49,035 nucleotides of DNA from Nanobdellota archaeon. Its GTDB lineage: Archaea > Nanobdellota > Nanobdellia > Parvarchaeales > Parvarchaeaceae. Location: positions 1 through 49,035 of the forward strand of contig JAKATQ010000001.1 of assembly GCA_021818665.1 (NCBI GenBank). The letters run 5' to 3'. The notes beneath the pieces were generated by a model. It made no database searches. It was not told the origin of the DNA and saw only the letters and a list, made by a program, of their open reading frames with translations. Of this stretch, positions 26,361 to 34,371 are shown piece after piece; position 1 is the first letter of the stretch; each line of letters starts with the position of its first letter. Both the position numbers and the translations under genes were made by a program.

Positions 26361-26804
26361 TCAGCTCTTCTTCATCTCCTCGATGTAGTTGCGCATGTGG
26401 TTTACGCTGTGGAAAGCGTTCCCCTTGACCTTGGTGTACATCACCCGAAATTGTTTCTTGTCTATTTTACCGGCCGTCCTCTCCTTGAATAATTCGTTCC
26501 TAAGTGCTTTCACTTTGTCTATCCATTGGAAATTCGTCCTTGCGTTCTTCTTGCCCTTTCTGCTGCCTACGCCGGTACGATGGCCGCGCCTCTTTTTCAT
26601 GGCGAACAGTCTCGCTCTGGCTCTTGATTGTCCCGCGGACTTCTTTTCAGATATGAATCCTTTCTTTACCAGACCCTTCACATCCTCTGCCGTTATGGCT
26701 TCCTTTATCTCCTTGAACTTTGCCGGGTCAAGCCACACTTTCTTCTCGCCCACGCCAAAAAGCCTACTGGCCAGTCTTCTCTGCGTTTTCAGCATCCCTT
26801 TCAT
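26361..26804 (-). CDS. rpl19e: 50S ribosomal protein eL19.
   Basis: 147 aa. LKTQRRLASRLFGVGEKKVWLDP is the eL19 N-terminal signature. Confidence 0.9.
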   Translation of the reverse strand: MKGMLKTQRRLASRLFGVGEKKVWLDPAKFKEIKEAITAEDVKGLVKKGFISEKKSAGQSRARARLFAMKKRRGHRTGVGSRKGKKNARTNFQWIDKVKALRNELFKERTAGKIDKKQFRVMYTKVKGNAFHSVNHMRNYIEEMKKS

Positions 26805-27114
26805 GGTTTATCACCCTTATGTTCTTTGCCCTGCAGGCCTCTAGTATGCTTTTTCTTTTGAGAGCGCCTACAGCACTCGCGATTATGACTATATTCCCAT
26901 CGTTAAGACTCTCAAGTTCTTTCTGATTGTGAACCCGTACTGGCATCTTGCCAGCTATCCTGAAGCGCTCTTTTCCCGACGACATGAAGCCCTTGGAAGG
27001 CATCGGCTTGTGTCCCTTCTTCCTAACCTTCGTCTTGTTCTTCCTCCCCCTCGGCTTGCGCCATGAAAAGCCTATTTTTTTCAGTTTGCTTGAATCCTTT
27101 TTTGTGAATTTCAT
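26764..27114 (-). CDS. rpl32e: 50S ribosomal protein eL32.
   Basis: 116 aa. FSWRKPRGRKNKTKVRKKG..P.SKG. Operon position fits. The 3' end overlaps rpl19e by 41 nt. Confidence 0.85.
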   Translation of the reverse strand: MKFTKKDSSKLKKIGFSWRKPRGRKNKTKVRKKGHKPMPSKGFMSSGKERFRIAGKMPVRVHNQKELESLNDGNIVIIASAVGALKRKSILEACRAKNIRVINHERDAENAEKTGQ

Positions 27115-27115
27115 A

Positions 27116-27637
27116 TCATGGTTTCTTTGTTATGAACACCCCGTCTTTAAAAACACGCCTGTCCTTGTTTTTTATCTGTATCTTGTTCTCGATGGTTCCC
27201 GCGGTCTGACCGACTAGATACTTATCTATCCCGTTTATCGTTATCTTAGTGCCGCTTACCTTTACAACCACGCCCTTCGGCAACGGTATCTCCCTGGCTT
27301 TTCTCTCGCCAACAAAGTTCTCTACCACGAGTTTGTCTCCGACCACCTTCAACGTGGCTGGGAAGTGCATGTAAACCAGCTCTAATTCTGCGCTGTAACC
27401 TTTCTTAACGCCTTCGACCATGTTCCTTATCTCGGCCGCAAGAGTTCCCGCTATCGCTTTTTGATAATCGATGTCCTTTTCTGATTCTATGAGTATCTTA
27501 TCGCCGTCCCTTTTCAGTTTCAGGAATGAATATCTTATGTGGGCAGTCAGCTCTCCCTTCTCTGCCTTTACCCTTACGGCCCCTCTTGCTATCTCCGTTT
27601 CCGTGCCTGAAACGTCGACCTTGAACTTAGTAGACAT
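27116..27637 (-). CDS. rpl6: 50S ribosomal protein uL6.
   Basis: 173 aa. Two-domain uL6 pattern (VYMHFPATLKVVGDKLVVENFVGERKAR..). Operon position fits. Confidence 0.9.
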   Translation of the reverse strand: MSTKFKVDVSGTETEIARGAVRVKAEKGELTAHIRYSFLKLKRDGDKILIESEKDIDYQKAIAGTLAAEIRNMVEGVKKGYSAELELVYMHFPATLKVVGDKLVVENFVGERKAREIPLPKGVVVKVSGTKITINGIDKYLVGQTAGTIENKIQIKNKDRRVFKDGVFITKKP

Positions 27638-28013
27638 ATGCGACCAAAGTGCCCCCTACACGGAGATTATTCGCCTCCCGGTTCGTCATCAGTCCCTTGC
27701 TTGTGGACAGAATTATTATGCCGAAGCCTAGCGCTGGCAGGTATCTTTTCTCGTACTTCGCTATCTCAGCGGCCTTTATCGGCAGTCTTGGTCTTATCGC
27801 CTTGCATTTATTAAGATCTTCGCTGAGCTCTACTTTTATGAAACCGCCCCTCGAATCGCTGATTATCTCGTAGTTTTTTATGTAACTGTTGTTCTTCACT
27901 ATGTCGAGCAATTTTATAAGGAATTTCGATGATGGTCTGATTACGCACGACTTCTTTCCGCTCCGCCTTGCTACGTATATGGTATTAAAAACATCGGATA
28001 ACACATCAGTCAT
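27627..28013 (-). CDS. rps8: 30S ribosomal protein uS8.
   Basis: 128 aa. LSDVFNTIYVARRSGKKSCVIRPSSK...GGTLVAYVY. Confidence 0.9.
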   Translation of the reverse strand: MTDVLSDVFNTIYVARRSGKKSCVIRPSSKFLIKLLDIVKNNSYIKNYEIISDSRGGFIKVELSEDLNKCKAIRPRLPIKAAEIAKYEKRYLPALGFGIIILSTSKGLMTNREANNLRVGGTLVAYVY

Positions 28014-28019
28014 ATAAAA

Positions 28020-28256
28020 TCAAACCTCTTTCCCGTACTTTTTGAATCCGAGGTCTTTGGCGACCTCTCTAAAGCATTCTCGGCAATAGTTTAGACCGTG
28101 GACTCCGATGTGCGCCTCGGATCTCCCACATCTGATGCAGCGTCTAAAGCGCAAATCGTGCGGTTGCAGCTTATGCTTGTTGAATCTGACGAACCTAGAA
28201 TACTTGGCAGGTTTGCCCGTTAGGTTCTTTGCTATCCTCTCGAATGAAGTTTCCAT
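28020..28256 (-). CDS. rps14: 30S ribosomal protein uS14 (zinc-binding type).
   Basis: 78 aa. [25 protein letters not shown] carries CxxC..CxxC. Operon position fits. Confidence 0.85.
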   Translation of the reverse strand: METSFERIAKNLTGKPAKYSRFVRFNKHKLQPHDLRFRRCIRCGRSEAHIGVHGLNYCRECFREVAKDLGFKKYGKEV

Positions 28257-28258
28257 TA

Positions 28259-28768
28259 TCAGTCCTCTATCTTGACATTGTATTTTCCCCTTAAGAAATC
28301 CATCGCTTCCTGTGGGGTTATAAGATGGTTTTTCCCTATCTTATTGCCGCTGCGTTTTCTTGCGATTCCGAAACCTCTTCTAGATAGAGTGACCGCTACT
28401 GATAGGCCCACTATGCCGACGGTGTAGTCATACTTCGCTCCAGGTATATGAACGTATTCTGATATGCCAAAAGACAAGTTCCCATTTTTATCGAACGCTG
28501 AACTCTTTACCTTGTTCTCGACTGCTGTGAAAAGGCGTTTCAGCGTCTCTTCTGCCTTGCTTTTCCTGAGCGTGACTTTCGTGCCTATCTGCAGGCCGGG
28601 TCTGATGTTCCATTCCGGTATTCTCCTCTTTGTAGTCGTATTCACCGGTTTTGAGCCGGATATCTGCGCGAGGAGTTTGCTTATCTTCTCCAGTTTTTCG
28701 CCGGGTTCGCCGACTCCCACGTTCAACGTGATCTTTTCGATCCTTATATCACGCATCGGATTTTCCAT
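28259..28768 (-). CDS. rpl5: 50S ribosomal protein uL5.
   Basis: [26 protein letters not shown] is the uL5 signature. An upstream in-frame ATG at 28810 would overlap rps4e by 41 nt, so I prefer 28768. Confidence 0.85.
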   Translation of the reverse strand: MENPMRDIRIEKITLNVGVGEPGEKLEKISKLLAQISGSKPVNTTTKRRIPEWNIRPGLQIGTKVTLRKSKAEETLKRLFTAVENKVKSSAFDKNGNLSFGISEYVHIPGAKYDYTVGIVGLSVAVTLSRRGFGIARKRSGNKIGKNHLITPQEAMDFLRGKYNVKIED

Positions 28769-28769
28769 G

Positions 28770-29432
28770 TCAAAGCACCATGCACGAGGTTTCGGAGGCG
28801 GAAAATTCATCTTCGTCCTTCTTCAGAAGGACGGAGCCTTCCTTTATATTGACGATCTTTCCATTCCGTCCAGCGTTCTTGCCCCTGAATACTATGGCTT
28901 CCTTACCCTGCTCGAACGGCACTGAACGCAGTATCTTGTTGTTGATGGTGTCTAGAACTATCGTGTCGCCTACTTGGACGCCAGATTGTCTCTCTAGAAG
29001 GTTCCTGCCGTCGTTTAGGCCCAGGACCGTCCTTCCACCCCTAAATTTGCGCTTGGAAAGCACTTTAACACGTTTTGTGTCCGGTTCTAGGTCGCTTTTT
29101 ATGGTCGTGATCTTACCGTTGGAATCCAGCCATACCAAGAAGTGGTCGTTGCGTATACCGATGGCATCACCAAATCCTATCGCGCATTTCTCTTCTGTAA
29201 CTATCTTGCCGTCGACCTTTACCATGCCGCTCTTAATTAGGTATCTAGCCTCTTTTGCGTTCATCGCTATCTTCATGACGTCTCTGAGCAGGCCTGAAAG
29301 TGCCACCGCTTCGCGGCTGCTATGCCGACCTGGCAGGGGCCTGAAGTAGTATGTATATTTCTTACGCGGCACTACCAGCGATGTAGTCACTACGCTCCTC
29401 TTGAAATGCTTTGATTCACCGTGTCTGGCCAT
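28770..29432 (-). CDS. rps4e: 30S ribosomal protein eS4.
   Basis: 220 aa. MARHGESKHFKRS....PRKKYTYYFRPLPGRHS is the eS4 N-terminus. Confidence 0.9.
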   Translation of the reverse strand: MARHGESKHFKRSVVTTSLVVPRKKYTYYFRPLPGRHSSREAVALSGLLRDVMKIAMNAKEARYLIKSGMVKVDGKIVTEEKCAIGFGDAIGIRNDHFLVWLDSNGKITTIKSDLEPDTKRVKVLSKRKFRGGRTVLGLNDGRNLLERQSGVQVGDTIVLDTINNKILRSVPFEQGKEAIVFRGKNAGRNGKIVNIKEGSVLLKKDEDEFSASETSCMVL

Positions 29433-29811
29433 ATGATTTCAACTTCTCCGCCCTGAACCGATCTGATATGTTCAGGTCTTTTATCAACAAGGCCGAAGGC
29501 CTAAGTTTGAACGGGACCTTATTGCCCTTCTTAGTGGTCGCCTTTATGCTGTCGAGCGACACCTTAAGCTGCTTGGTGTACACCTTGTCTATCTTGCCCT
29601 CCTGTCCTTTGAACTTGCCGCGCATCACTACGACGCCGTCACCTTTCTTTAATGGCATATTCCTGACGTTATAAGTCTGCCTGAGTTCTTTCGACAGGTG
29701 CGCCGCCAGCATCCTGTGCTTTAAGTGGAGCGGTGCGTTCTGCCGGTATTTCCTCTGCTTCTTTGGACTCTTGCTCGAAACCCAATGACTGCTGAATTCT
29801 TCGTTCATCAT
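29416..29811 (-). CDS. rpl24: 50S ribosomal protein uL24.
   Basis: 131 aa. The KOW motif is LKKGDGVVVMRGKFKGQEGKIDKV. Confidence 0.9.
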   Translation of the reverse strand: MMNEEFSSHWVSSKSPKKQRKYRQNAPLHLKHRMLAAHLSKELRQTYNVRNMPLKKGDGVVVMRGKFKGQEGKIDKVYTKQLKVSLDSIKATTKKGNKVPFKLRPSALLIKDLNISDRFRAEKLKSYGQTR

Positions 29812-30239
29812 ACTATCTTAGATGCTATCTTCGTTATGTGCGGAAACCTATATGATATCTCTTTAGGCAAAGGCCCGCGAAGTATCGTGCCCTGCGGTTC
29901 ATATTTATCGATGTCCTTCACTATCGCGCATGCATTATCCTCAAAGCCGAGCCTGGTACCGTCAGGTCGTCTATAGAGTTTTTTCTGCCTCACTACTACG
30001 GCCGGGAATTTCTTGTGCACGGTGTCTGGAGACCCGCTCTTCACTACAACGAATATGGTGTCTCCGATGCCGCAGCGCGGCTGTCTGTCCTTAACGCCGT
30101 GGTAGCCGCGTATGTTGACCACCTTGGCTATCTTAGCGCCGGAATTGTCTGCGACGTTTATCCAGCTCCCGACATTTATCGCCTTGCTTATTTTTGCCTT
30201 AAGTGGCTTAAGTCCGCCGCCCTTTCGTCCGGTTCCCAT
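29808..30239 (-). CDS. rpl14: 50S ribosomal protein uL14.
   Basis: 143 aa. INVADNSGAKIAKVVNIRGY...GDTIFVVVK. Confidence 0.9.
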   Translation of the reverse strand: MGTGRKGGGLKPLKAKISKAINVGSWINVADNSGAKIAKVVNIRGYHGVKDRQPRCGIGDTIFVVVKSGSPDTVHKKFPAVVVRQKKLYRRPDGTRLGFEDNACAIVKDIDKYEPQGTILRGPLPKEISYRFPHITKIASKIV

Positions 30240-30240
30240 A

Positions 30241-30552
30241 TCAAGCTTTCCTCAGCACGACAAAACGCTTCCAGCGGCTTATGGGCCGCGTCTCGTAAAT
30301 TATGACATTGTCGCCGAGCTTCGCATTTACACACTCTGGGTTGTGGGCAAGCACCTTTGTCCTGTCCTTTATGAATCTGTCGTACTTCTTAAGGCGCCTG
30401 AAGCGCGTCCATGCTACTGCTACGGTCTTATGTGCTTTCGCCGACGTAACGACGCCTTCGAATCTCCTGCCGTGCACGCGCAAATCCCCGTGATAAGGAC
30501 AGTTCTTGTCAGAGCACGTCGTCTCCGGCTCCACGAAATCGCTAGATCGCAT
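30241..30552 (-). CDS. rps17: 30S ribosomal protein uS17.
   Basis: 103 aa. CPYHGDLRVHGRRFEGVVTSAKAHKTVAV...KYDRF..DRTKVLAHNP. Confidence 0.9.
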   Translation of the reverse strand: MRSSDFVEPETTCSDKNCPYHGDLRVHGRRFEGVVTSAKAHKTVAVAWTRFRRLKKYDRFIKDRTKVLAHNPECVNAKLGDNVIIYETRPISRWKRFVVLRKA

Positions 30553-30751
30553 ATTCCCACGGCCTTAGTCTTATCTGGTCGCCTTTCACTCTCGTTTCTT
30601 TGCCGTCGATGCTGGTCAAAAACACGTTACCGTTCTTTACTACTCTCTTTACGCCAGCGCCAGTCGCTATCAAAAGGGTGTTTCTGGTTTCGTCTATGAC
30701 CCTTCCTTGTATCGACATCCTCTCTACAAATACGTTTCTATCGATTAGCAT
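30542..30751 (-). CDS. rnp1: RNase P protein component 1 (Rpp29/Pop4 homolog), short form.
   Basis: 69 aa. GRVIDETRNTLLI.....KRVVKNGNVFLTSIDGKETRVKGDQIRLRPWE matches the Rpp29 core (G.VvdET.Nt..i ... k.vpK....f.f ... v.G..l..RPe). It sits at the conserved position immediately upstream of rps17. Confidence 0.75.
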   Translation of the reverse strand: MLIDRNVFVERMSIQGRVIDETRNTLLIATGAGVKRVVKNGNVFLTSIDGKETRVKGDQIRLRPWEYAI

Positions 30752-30883
30752 TGGTTATTTAAGAAAACCATCGTTTAAAAATGTTATTGTGCATCTTTAT
30801 ATCGATAGATGCCGTTTAAGCACGCTCGGATTAAACGGTGGTGTGCTCGACCCGCTCTCGATTTTGCTGAAAAACGTCCTAAA

Positions 30884-31153
30884 TTATATAAGGCCGAGTT
30901 TTGTCGCCAGGTCCGTCGCTGGGTATTCTGGCTTAAGCTTTACTATCGCGACCCTATCACCGTTCATCTTGTTTATTATGTTTATCTTGGCTATTTTTAT
31001 CTCGAATTCTGATTCGAGTTCTTTCCTTATAGCGAACTTGTTAGCGGACTTTGAGACTATGAAAGATATCTTGTTCTGTTCCTGCAGGAGCCGTGTGGAT
31101 TTCTCACTATTGTGAACGCTTATTATGATGTCTCTCTTCGCTTCCATGCTCAT
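30884..31153 (-). CDS. rpl23: 50S ribosomal protein uL23.
   Basis: 89 aa. Follows L4. FIVSKSANKFAIRKELESEFEIKIAKINI. Confidence 0.85.
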   Translation of the reverse strand: MSMEAKRDIIISVHNSEKSTRLLQEQNKISFIVSKSANKFAIRKELESEFEIKIAKINIINKMNGDRVAIVKLKPEYPATDLATKLGLI

Positions 31154-31932
31154 CTAAGCGCCTCTATCGCACCTTTAGTCCATATTATAAGTCTTCCGGG
31201 TTCTCCCGCGTGAGAAACGTCCGCTATCGACAGCCCGTCGACCTTCTTTACGGTCACGTTAAGGTTCCTAGCCGCCCGGGTTATCTTTGAATCGTCAGTC
31301 GTGACCAGCAATGGCCCCAGCCGAATCTTGTATCTTCTTCCTCTCAGCTTGCCCTTACCGGCGCGAAGCCTCCTCTCTCCGATCCTCTCCAGTTCTCCTC
31401 CAAGACCGACGCTTACCAGGGCCTTTTTAGCGTCTTTGGTCTTTGAAAGCTGGTTTATGGCGTCTTCCAAGACGAGCGGGAAAGGCACCAGTTCGGCAAC
31501 TGAATGGAACCGCGATACCAGCTCCTTGACAGCCGACGCCGCTATCGCACTCCTTATGGCGAGCACCATCTCTTTTTTGTTCATCTTTTTCACTAGGACT
31601 TTTTCGGCTCTCGGGGGATGCGCTTGCCTGCCGCCCACTGTATTCGGCGCCACCGCGCCGACGTAAGAAAATGACGTGCCTATGTGGGACATCGTCTTCT
31701 TCGGTGTCCTAGTGCGGCCTCCGTATACGGTCTTGTAGGAGCGCCTGCGTTTTGTCAGTTCCGCTGCTTTTCGCTTTCCTGCGAGGGGATCTGTGTACTT
31801 TAGCTGGAACTTTTTTGACTCTTCGGTTAGATACGCTCTCCTTACGAGTTCGGGATCTATCTCTTCGGCGAACACCTTCGGCAGCTCTATGCTGCCGGTC
31901 TTCTTGTTTTCTAGGGACATCAAGTCTACCAT
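31150..31932 (-). CDS. rpl4: 50S ribosomal protein uL4.
   Basis: 260 aa. YGGRTRTPKKTMSHIG..GGRQAHPPRAEK. Confidence 0.9.
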   Translation of the reverse strand: MVDLMSLENKKTGSIELPKVFAEEIDPELVRRAYLTEESKKFQLKYTDPLAGKRKAAELTKRRRSYKTVYGGRTRTPKKTMSHIGTSFSYVGAVAPNTVGGRQAHPPRAEKVLVKKMNKKEMVLAIRSAIAASAVKELVSRFHSVAELVPFPLVLEDAINQLSKTKDAKKALVSVGLGGELERIGERRLRAGKGKLRGRRYKIRLGPLLVTTDDSKITRAARNLNVTVKKVDGLSIADVSHAGEPGRLIIWTKGAIEALR

Positions 31933-31933
31933 A

Positions 31934-32884
31934 TCACCTTAGGAACGTAACTTTCACAGGTTCCGCCTTTTTGTTCGGTCTTAGCGCCTTCCTAACGATT
32001 ATGAGCCTTCCCGCGCTGCCTGGTACAGAGCCCTTAAGCACGACAGCAGTGCCGGTTATGTTACCGTATCTTCTGTATCCGCTGGCTATCGCAAGCTCCT
32101 TTGGGTCTTTTACGGTCTTCAAGACGAACTTGTTATATTCTACCCTGGAGTTGAATCCCAAACGACCATGCTGTGGCACCGTGAACTGGACCTTTGCCAT
32201 GCTTTCTGCGCCCAGGTTTCCGGCTTTTCTCCTAGATTTGCTGGCGTGTACCGGATATATCTTGACCCCAAAACGCTTTACGGAACCTTCGAAGCCTTTT
32301 CCTTTCGTGACGGCCGATACGTCTACGAACGAGCCGTCCTTTATGACCGATGACACGTCGATCTCTGTGCCGAGGAGTTTTTTTGCTAGCGTATACTTCG
32401 ACTCAGCGTCCCCGCCGAGGCCTATTTCGAACAGTTCTGGTTTCTTTTTAAGGTCTACCAGCCACGGCTGGGTAGAAACGAGCAGTCTGATGTCCTTGGC
32501 CGCACGCCTGAATTTTTCCGTATCGGAGTCATGTTCCTTGAATTTCCTGGTCCTAGAGATGTTATTATTGAGCCCATGAGCCCAGCTTTCACCCACTGTT
32601 CCCTTTGAGTCATAAAATCTTATCGCACATGCCACCATCGGCGGGCATTCCAATATCGTGCCTGCTGTGAGCACTTCGCTCTTGAACGTGGGGGAATTCT
32701 TGTCGCTGTCTTGGTAGACTAACTGTATCATGCCTACTTTATAGCCGGCAAAACTACTTATCTCGTCGGCTGAAAGCCTGCCGAAGTTAGTGAAATTATG
32801 ATACGGCCTGTCGCTCCTAGTTATAGGATAGTACTGCATGCTCCCCCTTCTCGGGGTACTCTTCTTGGTAACCTGATGTCCCAT
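31934..32884 (-). CDS. rpl3: 50S ribosomal protein uL3.
   Basis: 316 aa. PRRGSMQYYP..FAGYKVGM...VTKGKGFEGSVKRFG. Confidence 0.9.
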   Translation of the reverse strand: MGHQVTKKSTPRRGSMQYYPITRSDRPYHNFTNFGRLSADEISSFAGYKVGMIQLVYQDSDKNSPTFKSEVLTAGTILECPPMVACAIRFYDSKGTVGESWAHGLNNNISRTRKFKEHDSDTEKFRRAAKDIRLLVSTQPWLVDLKKKPELFEIGLGGDAESKYTLAKKLLGTEIDVSSVIKDGSFVDVSAVTKGKGFEGSVKRFGVKIYPVHASKSRRKAGNLGAESMAKVQFTVPQHGRLGFNSRVEYNKFVLKTVKDPKELAIASGYRRYGNITGTAVVLKGSVPGSAGRLIIVRKALRPNKKAEPVKVTFLR

Positions 32885-32933
32885 ATTGTAGCGTTTTTAC
32901 AAGTCCAATAGATAGTTATTGTGTCAAGTTTAT

Positions 32934-34280
32934 TTAAATACTTATTAATTCCAAAGAATTCGCGGGTCCGTGTTCGACGGTGCTCCGTATGACGAGAGTC
33001 GTGCCCTTTATGCCGAACCTGCGTCCTGCACCATCGATGAACTTCCTTACGCCGGTGTCTAGGTTCTCAAAGTAAAAAGGTTCTACGCCTCTCGCTATGT
33101 TAAGTTTGTCCAGTACGTTTTTCTTGTCGGTGAGGGCGAATATCCTGGCGTTGGTGTGGTACCTAGATAAGTTTATCGGACCGGCCCCTCCCCTGGTCAG
33201 AAAGACGACGTTCTTTACGCCGGCACTCAATATTATGTACGCTGCAGCGCCTACGAGCGCCTCGTGCGGGCCGGATTCCCTATGCTCTTGCGGGTCGTCA
33301 AAGTACTGCGACTTCCACGTTATGCGTTTGAGCATCTCGAACGCACGCAGCGGGTAAGCGCCTATAGCCGTCTCTTCGGACAGCATCACCGCGTCAGATC
33401 CCTCGTAAACGGAATTGAACACGTCGTTCACCTCCGCCCTTGTAGGCATAACGTTCGTGGTCATGGATTCCAGCATCTGTGTGGCGGTTATCACAGGTCT
33501 CCTGAGCTGGTTCGAAGCACGTATAAGTTTTCTCTGCACCAATGGTACCTCCGCTATGTCTATGTTTAGCCCTAAGTCGCCTCTGGCTATCATTATCGCG
33601 TCAGATGCTATGGCTATCTCCTTGAAGTTTCTAAGTGCCTCACGCCTCTCTATCTTGGATACGAGAACGATGTCTTCACCGACTATGTCTCTGACTTTAG
33701 TCACGTCTTTTTTACGCGAAACGAAAGACAGGGCGAACGAAGTTATTCCTTTTTTAAGCCCGAAGCTTATCGCGGCCTTGTCATTCTTGGTCGGGTAGCT
33801 CCTCTCATAAAGCAGGCCCTGGGAATTTATACTCTGTCTATCGAGCAGTGTGCCGCTGTTCATCGCCCTAACGACAAGCTTCCCCTTCAGCTTGTCTATT
33901 ATCTTGAGTTCAAGTTTCCCATCCGCAAGCTTTATTCCGCCCTTCGACGGCAGTTCACTCAATATCTGCCGCGATACCGGTATCTGGCAATCTGGGCCGA
34001 GCGAGTAAGTCTCGCCCTCTAATAATTCTAGTTTGCCGCCGATGGGGTTCCCTGTCCTTATCTTTGGTCCCGGAAGGTCGAGAAGTATGGAAACGTGTTT
34101 GTTCAGCCTAGCGTTTATGTCGTTTATCATATCTATAAGTCTGCCGAAGTAATCCGGAGTATTATGAGAAAAATTCAGGCGGAATATGCTTGCGCCTCCC
34201 GCTGCGAATTTTTTTATCGTCTGTTCGGAGTCTGAGGCGGGCCCGAGTGTTATTACAGTCTTTATCTGGTAGTTATTCAT
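32934..34280 (-). CDS. pyk: Pyruvate kinase.
   Basis: 448 aa. KTVITLGPASDS...IFRLNFSHN, DLPGPKIRTG, MIARGDLG and VITATQMLESM. Confidence 0.9.
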   Translation of the reverse strand: MNNYQIKTVITLGPASDSEQTIKKFAAGGASIFRLNFSHNTPDYFGRLIDMINDINARLNKHVSILLDLPGPKIRTGNPIGGKLELLEGETYSLGPDCQIPVSRQILSELPSKGGIKLADGKLELKIIDKLKGKLVVRAMNSGTLLDRQSINSQGLLYERSYPTKNDKAAISFGLKKGITSFALSFVSRKKDVTKVRDIVGEDIVLVSKIERREALRNFKEIAIASDAIMIARGDLGLNIDIAEVPLVQRKLIRASNQLRRPVITATQMLESMTTNVMPTRAEVNDVFNSVYEGSDAVMLSEETAIGAYPLRAFEMLKRITWKSQYFDDPQEHRESGPHEALVGAAAYIILSAGVKNVVFLTRGGAGPINLSRYHTNARIFALTDKKNVLDKLNIARGVEPFYFENLDTGVRKFIDGAGRRFGIKGTTLVIRSTVEHGPANSLELISI

Positions 34281-34371
34281 AAGGAAGATAGGAAACGACT
34301 CGTTATATTAGTTTTGTTTATCGATATGGTCCTTAAGGCCGTTCAAGTGCGTATTACTCATCCATGAATAT

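Noticed and set aside
28769-28810. An N-terminal 14-aa extension of uL5 (MNFPPPKPRAWCFD) from the upstream ATG at 28810.
   Set aside because: It would overlap rps4e by 41 nt. The uL5 signature begins right after the ATG at 28768, which sits 1 nt from the rps4e stop. The longer form cannot be excluded without data.
31752-32579. A 275-aa plus-strand ORF, together with many other long ORFs antisense to the ribosomal-protein, secY, MetRS, ACD and helicase genes.
   Set aside because: All lie opposite strongly supported genes, are Ser/Leu/Pro-rich, and have no motifs. They are shadow ORFs in a compositionally biased coding strand.
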